64,000 bases of DNA from Gemmatimonadota bacterium (GTDB lineage Bacteria; JBHIER01; G020348925). Positions within the stretch are counted from its first letter, which is position 1; the number at the start of each line of letters is the position of its first letter. The notes under the pieces are model-generated. The model made no database searches. It was not told the DNA's origin and saw nothing but the letters and a program-made list of their open reading frames with translations. Where the stretch lies: NCBI GenBank assembly GCA_020348925.1, contig CP070758.1, forward strand, positions 2,020,030 to 2,084,029, written 5' to 3'. Both the position numbers and the translations under genes were made by a program. This document shows, one piece after another, positions 37,680 through 45,744 of the stretch.

Positions 37680-37961
37680 TTAACGTATCTCCACAGAGTA
37701 ATCAATGAGTTCGACTCGTCTCTCAGAGCGAATAAAATCAACTACTTTTGAAAGGACTTGATGCGCAAATTGGGCATCGCTCGAAACCACAGCGACCCCG
37801 AGGAGCGCTCGTTGCCACAGATCATGATGATCGATCTCGGAGATACTGACGTTAAATTTTTTTTTAATACGTTCTTTCAGACCTTTCAATATCTGTCGCT
37901 TGCTTTTCAATGACCCATTACCCGGTAAATGCAAATCGACTGTACATGCTCCAATTAACAT
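37680..37961 (-). CDS. DUF503 (YlxP-like) protein
   Basis: SLKSKRQILK...KKFNVSISEIDHHDLWQRALLGVAVVS; lies between infB and rbfA. Confidence 0.92.
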   Translation of the reverse strand: MLIGACTVDLHLPGNGSLKSKRQILKGLKERIKKKFNVSISEIDHHDLWQRALLGVAVVSSDAQFAHQVLSKVVDFIRSERRVELIDYSVEIR

Positions 37962-37999
37962 ATCTATTCAAGTCTGTCGTGGGAGTTTCTCAAATACAA

Positions 38000-40204
38000 T
38001 TACGTACTGTTGCTCTTCAATTCCCTTGGGGTCTCGACCACTTCGTACACTTCTAAGATATCATCGGATTTGATATCGGAAAATCGTTCCAAGCCAACAC
38101 CACACTCAAATCCCGTCTGAACCTCGCGAACGTCCTCTTTGAACCGGCGAAGAGAAGCAATCTTCCCATCATAAATCGTGACACTATCTCGCAAAAGTCG
38201 AACGTTCATATTCCGCCGCACCGCTCCTGATTTGACAAAACAGCCAGCAACGGTACCGATTCCCGATGCCCGGAAAATATCCCTGACCTCCAAGGTTCCT
38301 ACGATGGTCTCCTTCATCTCCGGTTCTAACAATCCCTCAATGGCAGCCTTGACATCATTCACGACTTCATAAATAATGTTATAAACCCTGATATCAATGT
38401 GTTCCTGTTGGGCCAGTAACCGTGCCCTCGGGTCCGGCTGGACGTGAAAACCGATAATAATTGCCTCGGAGGCAACAGCTAAAAGTATATCGGAGGGTGA
38501 AATAGCTCCGACACCTTGGTGAATCACTCGAACTTTCACCTGATCAGTGCTCAATTTCATCAAAGTATCGCTCAGGGCTTCGACCGAACCATCCACATCC
38601 CCTTTGAGAATAAGGCACAAATCCTTGGCTTTTCCGGTCTGAATTTGTTGCGAGATATCATCCAGCGTAATCCGCTTCACAGGACGATAAATATGCTCCC
38701 GCTTCAATTGCTGCCTCTTCAAACTGAGTTCTCTGGCGTCCCTTTCCGAATCCATGACAACAAAAGTATCTCCAGCCATGGGGACACCGGCAATTCCGAT
38801 CACCTGAACAGGAGTGGACGGTCCAGCCTTTGTCACGGTCTGTCCTCTGGCATTTACAAGCGTCCTGACCCGTCCGCTGTATAATCCGGTGACAAAGGGA
38901 TCGCCGATATTCAAAGTCCCTTCCTGAACCAAGACCGTCGCTACCGGTCCCTTCCCCTTGTCCAGCTCCGCTTCGACAATGACTCCTTTTGCATTCTTAT
39001 TGGGATTTGTCTTAAACTCCATCATTTGCGCTACCAACAGGAGCATCTCCAACAGTTTTGGGACACCCTCACCTGTCTTGGCTGAGACGTCGACGGCAAT
39101 TGTTTTTCCGCCCCACTCCTCAACGAGCAATCCCTGTTGGGCCAGTTGTTTTCGAATCGTTTCTGCGTTGGCGTTCGGTTTATCAATTTTGTTGACAGCC
39201 ACAACAATGGGTACATTTGCGGCTCTGGCATGATCTATCGCTTCGATCGTTTGGGGCATGACTGCCTCATCAGCGGCCACGACCAGCACAACGACATCCG
39301 TCACTTGAGTTCCTCGCGCCCTCATGGCCGTAAAGGCTTCATGACCCGGTGTATCAAGGAACGTAATCTTTCCACCGACCACTTCAACGTCATAGGCACC
39401 GATGTGCTGTGTTATGCCTCCGGCTTCGGTAGCGACGACGTTGCTCTGTCTGATATAATCGAGAAGCTTCGTTTTTCCATGATCGACATGTCCCATAATG
39501 GTCACGACCGGTGCTCGAAGTTCGAGGGCCTCTTCCTCCTCTTCCTCTTCATCAAACACATCTGCCCCATACTCAGCCATGGCCTCAACCTCGAAATGAA
39601 ATTCGTCGGCCACCATTGTGATTGTATCCATATCCAACCGCTGGTTGATCGTAACAAGCAATCCCATTTCCATGCATTTCGAAATCACCTCGGTCGGACT
39701 CACTTCCATCATTTCAGCCAATTCAGCAACCGAGATGAACTCACTGACCTGAATGACATTGGTTTCCTCGATTGCACCATCAGGCTTTATTTTTCTTTTC
39801 TGATACTTCTTCTTTGGCTTCTCTCTGCCCTCCATTCTCGCCAACGTCTTCTTCACACTGGCTTCGACGGCCTTTTGATCCACTTGCGGTCGATCTTTTT
39901 TTACTCTCCCCTTGGGCTTTTCAGAAGGTTTGACCCCCGTTTTCTTTCGCCACTTCCGTTCCTTTTTCACGGTCACACGCTCGGCCCGGCGCCGCGCTTC
40001 CATCTTTTTCTTCTTCCGGGCAAGTTCCTTCTTCTGTGCCTCTTTCTCTTCTTCAAACTTGCTGTCAATGGCTTTTCGCATTTCCTCAGTGACAACGCTC
40101 ATATGACCTTTCACGCTGTACCCGCGCCCCCTGAGAACCTCAAGAAGCGCTTCACTGGAAAGATGAAATTCTCGTGCGACTTCGTAAACTCTCTTCTTTT
40201 CCAA
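38000..40204 (-). CDS. infB: Translation initiation factor IF-2
   Basis: RVYEVARE N-terminus, MGHVDHGKT, EAGGITQHIGAY, DTPGHEAF, NKID; TTG start. Confidence 0.98.
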   Translation of the reverse strand: MEKKRVYEVAREFHLSSEALLEVLRGRGYSVKGHMSVVTEEMRKAIDSKFEEEKEAQKKELARKKKKMEARRRAERVTVKKERKWRKKTGVKPSEKPKGRVKKDRPQVDQKAVEASVKKTLARMEGREKPKKKYQKRKIKPDGAIEETNVIQVSEFISVAELAEMMEVSPTEVISKCMEMGLLVTINQRLDMDTITMVADEFHFEVEAMAEYGADVFDEEEEEEEALELRAPVVTIMGHVDHGKTKLLDYIRQSNVVATEAGGITQHIGAYDVEVVGGKITFLDTPGHEAFTAMRARGTQVTDVVVLVVAADEAVMPQTIEAIDHARAANVPIVVAVNKIDKPNANAETIRKQLAQQGLLVEEWGGKTIAVDVSAKTGEGVPKLLEMLLLVAQMMEFKTNPNKNAKGVIVEAELDKGKGPVATVLVQEGTLNIGDPFVTGLYSGRVRTLVNARGQTVTKAGPSTPVQVIGIAGVPMAGDTFVVMDSERDARELSLKRQQLKREHIYRPVKRITLDDISQQIQTGKAKDLCLILKGDVDGSVEALSDTLMKLSTDQVKVRVIHQGVGAISPSDILLAVASEAIIIGFHVQPDPRARLLAQQEHIDIRVYNIIYEVVNDVKAAIEGLLEPEMKETIVGTLEVRDIFRASGIGTVAGCFVKSGAVRRNMNVRLLRDSVTIYDGKIASLRRFKEDVREVQTGFECGVGLERFSDIKSDDILEVYEVVETPRELKSNST

Positions 40205-40209
40205 CGTTC

Positions 40210-40488
40210 CTATACCTCGATGTTACCTTGTGTTTGCAACCCACACAGGGAACTGGCTTCAGCCATAAATGATGTGCGGTTCAGACATGAGCTGAAGGAA
40301 TTCTTCTTCAAAGCTTTTTGAACGCACGCAAGCGTGGTACACAGATAGAACCCTCGCCCGCCGAATCGCTGTCCTCGGTCAATTGTTACCGAACCGTCCC
40401 CATGCCGCACACATCGTAGGAATTCCCGTTTCGGCTTCACGCTTCGACAGCCGACGCACATTCGATAGGGAATGTGTCCGCGCTTCAT
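40210..40488 (-). CDS. ylxR: YlxR/RnpM (DUF448) family protein
   Basis: PYRMCVGCR...GRGFYLC...C; lies between nusA and infB. Confidence 0.88.
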   Translation of the reverse strand: MKRGHIPYRMCVGCRSVKPKREFLRCVRHGDGSVTIDRGQRFGGRGFYLCTTLACVQKALKKNSFSSCLNRTSFMAEASSLCGLQTQGNIEV

Positions 40489-41789
40489 TCCCCCTTCCCC
40501 TCTTCCTCCTGCTCTTCCGTTTCTGTCTTCTCCGCCAATTTTTGCTGCTCCTTCAGGAGTTTTCTCGCAGTTTTAAGGAGCGATCGGGCTGTTTTCTCGC
40601 CAACACCGGGGACGGCCAGGAGTTCGTCCTTTCCGATCTCCACCAGATCATGTGCGGACTCGACCCCAATAGTGTAGAACGCGTCGGCAAGTTTGTTTCC
40701 CACGCCCGGGATCTCCTCAATGGGGACTTTTGCTTTCCGTTCAATCTCCAATATCCGTTTGTATTCCGACTCACTCTTAATATCCAGTTTCCATCCCGTC
40801 AGCTTTGCCGCCAGGCGCGCATTTTGGCCGGAGCGTCCAATGGCCAGAGAGAGCTGGTCGTCCTCGACGATGATAAGCAACCGGTGGTTCTCCTTATCGA
40901 CGTTGACATTCAAGACTTTCGCCGGGCTGATGGCCCGCGAAGCAAATGTAACTGGGTTGCTGCTCCAGGGAATAATGTCAATCCGTTCATTGCCCAATTC
41001 GCGCACAATGGCCTGAACGCGGGACCCCTTCAAGCCCACGCACGCGCCGACAGGATCAATCCTTTCATCGTTGGAGAAAACCGCAATCTTTGATCTGAGT
41101 CCGGGCTCTCTGGCCACTTCTTTAATGTGAACGATGCCCTCGTAAATTTCCGGGACTTCCATTTCGAATAAGCGACGGAGAAAATCCGGATGTGTACGCG
41201 AAAGAATGACTTGAGGGCCCTTCGTCGTCTTGAGAACTTGGATAATGCAGGCCCGTATGGTTTCGCCCTGACGATACCGCTCCTTTTTAATCTGTTCTTT
41301 TACCGATAATTTCGCTTCGGTCCGACCCAAATTGATAATAAGATCGCCCCGGTCAACTTGCTGCACCGTACCTGTCACAATATCGCCCATACGTCCTTCG
41401 TATTCATCATAAATATTTTCTCGTTCGGCTTCACGAACACGTTGCATTAATATCTGTTTGGCTGCTTGAATGGCGTTGCGACCGAAGTCTTCGAAAGGGA
41501 TCATCTCCTGCACTGTTTTGCCCACTGCGGCATCGGACTCTATTTCGCTGGCCTCCGAGAGTGAAATTTCGAGGCAGGGATCTTCAACCTCCTCGACGAT
41601 CCGCCGCTTCCGAAAGACACGAATCTCTCCGGAATCGAGGTCGACATGAACTTCAATATCGACCGTTTCGCCAAAACGTTTTTTCGCCGCTGAAATGATA
41701 CCGGTTTCCAAGGTTTCCACCAAAAAATCACGACTAATATTTTTTTCGTTTGTGAGCTGATTTAAGACATCTACGATTTCGTAATTCAC
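40485..41789 (-). CDS. nusA: Transcription termination factor NusA
   Basis: FGRNAIQAAKQ, SRTHPDF, AREPGLRSKIAV, DPVGACVG, SLAIGRSGQNARLAAKLTGWKLDI, C-terminal HhH repeats. Confidence 0.98.
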   Translation of the reverse strand: MNYEIVDVLNQLTNEKNISRDFLVETLETGIISAAKKRFGETVDIEVHVDLDSGEIRVFRKRRIVEEVEDPCLEISLSEASEIESDAAVGKTVQEMIPFEDFGRNAIQAAKQILMQRVREAERENIYDEYEGRMGDIVTGTVQQVDRGDLIINLGRTEAKLSVKEQIKKERYRQGETIRACIIQVLKTTKGPQVILSRTHPDFLRRLFEMEVPEIYEGIVHIKEVAREPGLRSKIAVFSNDERIDPVGACVGLKGSRVQAIVRELGNERIDIIPWSSNPVTFASRAISPAKVLNVNVDKENHRLLIIVEDDQLSLAIGRSGQNARLAAKLTGWKLDIKSESEYKRILEIERKAKVPIEEIPGVGNKLADAFYTIGVESAHDLVEIGKDELLAVPGVGEKTARSLLKTARKLLKEQQKLAEKTETEEQEEEGKGE

Positions 41790-41814
41790 GTATCGATCTC
41801 CATAAGAATTGCCT

Positions 41815-42273
41815 TTAAAATTTTGTGCACACCTGCGCCTTTACAATGCAACGTAAAGGGATCTCCAGCCTTCCCCCGTCCGTCTCCAAAACGACGGTTT
41901 CCTCGTCGACCTCTTTCAAAACACCGTTCCGCAGCACCTCTTGACAGTGCTCTTCAGATACTGAGACACTGAGCGTGCGCCCAACGTTTCGTTGAAAATC
42001 TCTGACCGTTTTCAGTGGGCGGTCAACACCGGGTGAAGAGACCTCCAGGGTGTAGCGCATTGGGTAGGGGTTCTCGATGTCGAGGACTTCCCCGATCCTC
42101 TTGCTCACCTGACGGCAATCGCCGACGGTGACACCGCCCTCCTTATCGATGAATATTCTCACCTGTTGTCTGGCCCTGAAGCGAGGAAATTGGATATCCA
42201 CCAGCTCAAATCCCTCCTCCTGCACCGCACGCTCCACAAGCTCTTTTACCCTGTTATTGATTGCATCACTCAC
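41815..42273 (-). CDS. rimP: Ribosome maturation factor RimP
   Basis: RIFIDKEGGVTVGDC...YTLEVSSPGVDRPL. Confidence 0.95.
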   Translation of the reverse strand: MSDAINNRVKELVERAVQEEGFELVDIQFPRFRARQQVRIFIDKEGGVTVGDCRQVSKRIGEVLDIENPYPMRYTLEVSSPGVDRPLKTVRDFQRNVGRTLSVSVSEEHCQEVLRNGVLKEVDEETVVLETDGGRLEIPLRCIVKAQVCTKF

Positions 42274-42304
42274 GGTTCAACCAGACATTTCTAAGGCTCA
42301 AATA

Positions 42305-42332
42305 ATCAAAAAAGTGGGCGCATGCCCACTTT
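42305..42332 (-). terminator. rimP-leader hairpin / attenuator (may also terminate proS transcripts)
   Basis: AAAGTGGGC-N4-GCCCACTTT stem running into a U-tract on the minus strand, ~40 bp upstream of rimP. Confidence 0.75.
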
Positions 42333-42341
42333 CGAGGACGA

Positions 42342-42370
42342 AATATACGAAAAAATTAACTGTAAAGCAA
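42342..42370 (-). promoter_or_regulatory. Putative sigma70 promoter of the rimP-nusA-infB operon
   Basis: TTGCTT-N17-TATATT between the proS stop and the leader hairpin. Confidence 0.55.
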
Positions 42371-42385
42371 GGAATTTTTTGGATC

Positions 42386-44140
42386 TTATGTGAAAATATT
42401 CTTCTCCGACACTTTTTCCAGTTTTTCGCGCTCGACATCATGTCGCTCCTCCATCATCTTTTTCACAGCGGAAAGAGCATTCTTGTGATCGATTTGAAGA
42501 ACCGTTCTCTCATGCCGAGGCTTGAGTTCCACCTTTCCCTCCTTCAGGCTCCGGGCACCCACATTGATTCTGAATGGAAAACCGATGAGGTCGGCATCTT
42601 TGAACTTTTTCCCAGGGCTCTCCTCGCGGTCATCGATCAGGACTTCAAGACCATGTTCCCGAAAGGACGCATACAGCGCCTTCGACACGGTGGAGACCTG
42701 ATCGTTCGTCATATCGATGGGAAGAATATGGACTTCATACGGAGCGAGAGTGAGCGGCCATATGATGCCGTCTTCATCGTGGTTCTGCTCGATGGCTGCG
42801 GCAATGATCCGCTCTATCCCGATGCCGTAGCTGCCCATGACGATGGGCTTCTTCTCTCCGCTTGAATCCAGGAAGGTCGCCCCCAGGCTCGTGGAATATT
42901 TCGTTCCGAGTTTGAAGATATGTCCCAACTCAATGGCGTTTATGATGTTTAAAGGTTTTCCGCAGTGGATACAGTTTTCGCCCTCTTTCACATGGCGAAG
43001 ATCCTGGTAGGAATCGACCTGAAAATCCTTCTCCGGCGTGAGACCGACCAGGTGATAATCGTCCTCGTTGGCCCCGGTGATGACATCCGTCTGCTCTCGC
43101 AGGCCAATGTCACAAAGAATTTCAGCATCTTTCAGTCCGACCGGCCCAAGAAAGCCCAGGTTGGCCCCGGTGATGTTCAGCGCTTCATCCGCCTCGGCCG
43201 GCCTGAAATTGGACCCTCTGAGGGCCATAAGCTTATTCTCATTGAGTTCATGATCTCCTCTGATGAGAATCATAACCGGTTTGTCTTCAATGATATACAG
43301 CAATGACTTCATAAGGTTTTCAGGTCGACACCCGAGGAAGGCCGAGACCTCATCGATTGTCCTCTGGTCCGGCGTGTGAACCTTCCTCGAACCCTTTTCT
43401 CCCAGGGGCTGGACTGGTTTCGGTACGGACTGGGCCACCTCGAGGTTGGCGGCATAGTCGCACTGGGAACAGCGGATGACGGTGTCCTCGCCGGCTGCTG
43501 TGGGGGCCATGAACTCCTCGGACTCGGAGCCACCCATGACGCCGCTGCTGGCCTGAACGACGAAGAATTTGAGGCCACTGCGGATGAAGATGCGGGAATA
43601 GGCCTCCCGGTGGCGGTGGTAGGCGGCATCAAGTCCTTCTTGGTCTGCATCGAGGCTGTAGGAATCCTTCATGATGAACATCCGTCCTCTGAGGACACCG
43701 GAGCGTGGCCGAAACTCATCGCGATGTTTCAGTTGAATTTGGTACCACAGCTGCGGCATATCCCGAAAGGAGCGGATGGAGGTGCGGGCGATGTCGGTAA
43801 TGACCTCCTCATGGGTGGGCGCCAGGCACAGTTCCCTGTTTCTGCGGTCTTTCAATTTAAAGATGAGATCGCCGAATTCGTCGTAGCGGCCGGTCCCCTG
43901 CCACAGCTCCTTCGGGCTGAGGGTCGGCAGTGAGAATTCCTGTCCTCCGATGCGGTCGATCTCCTCCCGGACGATCTGCGCCGCCTTGCGCATCGCCCGC
44001 CACCCCAGGGGGAGGTAAGAGTACACCCCGGCCACGAGGGGCCGAATCAGCCCGGCCCGGAGCATCAAGCGATGACTGGCCACCTCAGCATCTGACGGTG
44101 TTTCCTTTAATGTCGGTATAAAAGCCTGGGATAATTTCAT
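42386..44140 (-). CDS. proS: Proline--tRNA ligase (bacterial type with INS editing domain)
   Basis: SHRLMLRAGLIR, LAPTHEE, RDEFRPRSGVLRGR.FIMKDSYS, IELGHIFKLGTKYS, MGSYGIGIER. Confidence 0.98.
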   Translation of the reverse strand: MKLSQAFIPTLKETPSDAEVASHRLMLRAGLIRPLVAGVYSYLPLGWRAMRKAAQIVREEIDRIGGQEFSLPTLSPKELWQGTGRYDEFGDLIFKLKDRRNRELCLAPTHEEVITDIARTSIRSFRDMPQLWYQIQLKHRDEFRPRSGVLRGRMFIMKDSYSLDADQEGLDAAYHRHREAYSRIFIRSGLKFFVVQASSGVMGGSESEEFMAPTAAGEDTVIRCSQCDYAANLEVAQSVPKPVQPLGEKGSRKVHTPDQRTIDEVSAFLGCRPENLMKSLLYIIEDKPVMILIRGDHELNENKLMALRGSNFRPAEADEALNITGANLGFLGPVGLKDAEILCDIGLREQTDVITGANEDDYHLVGLTPEKDFQVDSYQDLRHVKEGENCIHCGKPLNIINAIELGHIFKLGTKYSTSLGATFLDSSGEKKPIVMGSYGIGIERIIAAAIEQNHDEDGIIWPLTLAPYEVHILPIDMTNDQVSTVSKALYASFREHGLEVLIDDREESPGKKFKDADLIGFPFRINVGARSLKEGKVELKPRHERTVLQIDHKNALSAVKKMMEERHDVEREKLEKVSEKNIFT

Positions 44141-44297
44141 GTGTTTCTTTCCTTCAACTGTTTCCTTGAAATCTTCAACCGTGATTTTTAAACTTTTTAA
44201 CCTTATAATTTCTAAATCTGTTTCCCATATACCGAATGTCTATAGGACCTGGACCCTTGAACCCTGGGGTCCTTGGCCCCTTTTTCGGATAAAAAAA

Positions 44298-44375
44298 TGG
44301 TACGCCAGAGTGGATTCGAACCACCGACCTACGGATCCGGAGTCCGTCGCTCTATCCAGGCTGAGCTACTGGCGC
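44298..44375 (-). tRNA. tRNA-Arg(CCG), CCA encoded
   Basis: GCGCCAGTAGCTCAGCCTGGATAGAGCG-ACGGA CTCCGGA TCCGT-AGGTC-GGTGG TTCGAAT CCACT-CTGGCGT-ACCA. Confidence 0.96.
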
Positions 44376-44474
44376 ACCTTTAAAAAACAATCGCTTACAA
44401 AGTCCCCAAACTTTTCAAATGCCATTTGGTGGCGAAATGGGGACGTTTCAAAACTCCCATATTTCAGGGCGTAT

Positions 44475-44503
44475 AATTTAGTAATATCAAGTGTTACAGT
44501 CAA
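44475..44503 (-). promoter_or_regulatory. Putative sigma70 promoter for tRNA-Arg/proS
   Basis: TTGACT-N17-TAAATT followed by a GC-rich discriminator-like ACGCCC. Confidence 0.55.
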
Positions 44504-44645
44504 CCCTTTTCCTTCAGTATCTCATAGGTTGCCCTTGTGTTGCTTTATTCCCCTGGTGCTTTTTTTATCGAGTCAAATGTGGTTCAAAACTTTCTTTGAA
44601 CTTTTTGATATTGACTCTTAAGTTTATCTCAGCTTTATTTCTGCT

Positions 44646-44745
44646 NNNNNNNNNNNNNNNNNNNNNNNNNNNNNNNNNNNNNNNNNNNNNNNNNNNNNNN
44701 NNNNNNNNNNNNNNNNNNNNNNNNNNNNNNNNNNNNNNNNNNNNN
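44646..44745. other. Assembly gap / contig join (100 N)
   Basis: Run of exactly 100 N. Confidence 0.98.
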
Positions 44746-45624
44746 GATCACGGTCCCGGATCAGATGGCCCTGACCTCTATTGTGCCGGCGGTGGCACCA
44801 AGACGGTCTGGGATATTGAGTACGATGGCGGTTCGGTTACCGATGGAGCCAGCTACAGTTACTATGCTATGGTGGATACTTCTGATACCCCAGGTGACTT
44901 CATACCCCACAGACTGGCTATTGGCGGTGACATGGACGGTGACGGGAACAAGGACCTGGTTGTTCAGTCAGTGAACCAACCTTCTTCTGTACCTACCATG
45001 TATGTGGTGGAATGGGGTATTGAGTGTACAGGCGATATTGGCGATGTCAACGGTGACGGTGATGTCGATGTCATTGATGTGATTGGAGCAATCAACCATA
45101 TTCTCGGCATTACTCCCCTTGATGCCTGTGGGTTCTTGAGAGCCGATTGCAACCAAGATGGTGAAATCAATGTTTTAGATGCATTGGGGATTGTAAATGT
45201 CATTTTAGGTCTCGGAACGTGCCCACCGACAGGACAGGCAAAGATCTCTCCTGATGCCATTACATACGTGAAATCACTGAGATCTTATTTTACTCCGGAA
45301 GATTTTTCTCGACTGATGGAACTGATCAAAGAAGCTCAGCTCCCAGTCGAGTACGGCCTGTCTCAAAACTATCCCAATCCATTTAACCCGGAGACTTCCA
45401 TCGAGTTCGCTCTACCTCAAACAATTAGAACGAAGGTGAGCGTGTACAACGTATTGGGTCAGGAGGTCAAAGTTTTGTTGGATTCCGAAATGGAGGGTGG
45501 TTACCACACAGTAAGATGGGATGGAACGAACAGTTTTGGTAATGAAGTTTCAGGTGGCATGTACTTTTATCGGTTGCAGGCTGGGGATTACTCCAGTACC
45601 AAGAGAATGCTTCTGTTGAAATAG
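44746..45624 (+). CDS. C-terminal part of a secreted protein with an FG-GAP-like repeat, a dockerin-like module and a T9SS-like/FlgD C-terminal domain
   Basis: GDMDGDGNKDLVV; GDVNGDGDVDVIDVIGAINHILG...ADCNQDGEINVLDALGIVNVILG; LSQNYPNPFNPETSI...WDG...GMYFYRL...TKRMLLLK. Confidence 0.85.
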   Translation, partial: DHGPGSDGPDLYCAGGGTKTVWDIEYDGGSVTDGASYSYYAMVDTSDTPGDFIPHRLAIGGDMDGDGNKDLVVQSVNQPSSVPTMYVVEWGIECTGDIGDVNGDGDVDVIDVIGAINHILGITPLDACGFLRADCNQDGEINVLDALGIVNVILGLGTCPPTGQAKISPDAITYVKSLRSYFTPEDFSRLMELIKEAQLPVEYGLSQNYPNPFNPETSIEFALPQTIRTKVSVYNVLGQEVKVLLDSEMEGGYHTVRWDGTNSFGNEVSGGMYFYRLQAGDYSSTKRMLLLK

Positions 45625-45640
45625 AGCCGGCAGGGAAATG

Positions 45641-45679
45641 ACGGGTGGAGGCCACTGTGCCTCCACCCGTTTCCTTTGT
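45641..45679 (+). terminator. Intrinsic terminator
   Basis: 12-bp stem acgggtggaggc/gcctccacccgt followed by ttcctttgt. Confidence 0.75.
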
Positions 45680-45744
45680 CCGGATTCAATTGTGGTTTGC
45701 TTTCCATTCAATTGTTATTACATTCTTCCACCACGTGAAAGGAG

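Noticed and set aside
38949-42069. KOPS-like GGGNAGGG octamers as support for dif polarity
   Set aside because: I found two pointing toward the site (38949, 40492) and one pointing away (42062); too few and inconsistent, and the motif may differ in this lineage
44491-44745. N-terminus of the 377-aa ORF 44491-45624
   Set aside because: Artefact across the 44646-44745 gap; the real coding part begins at 44746
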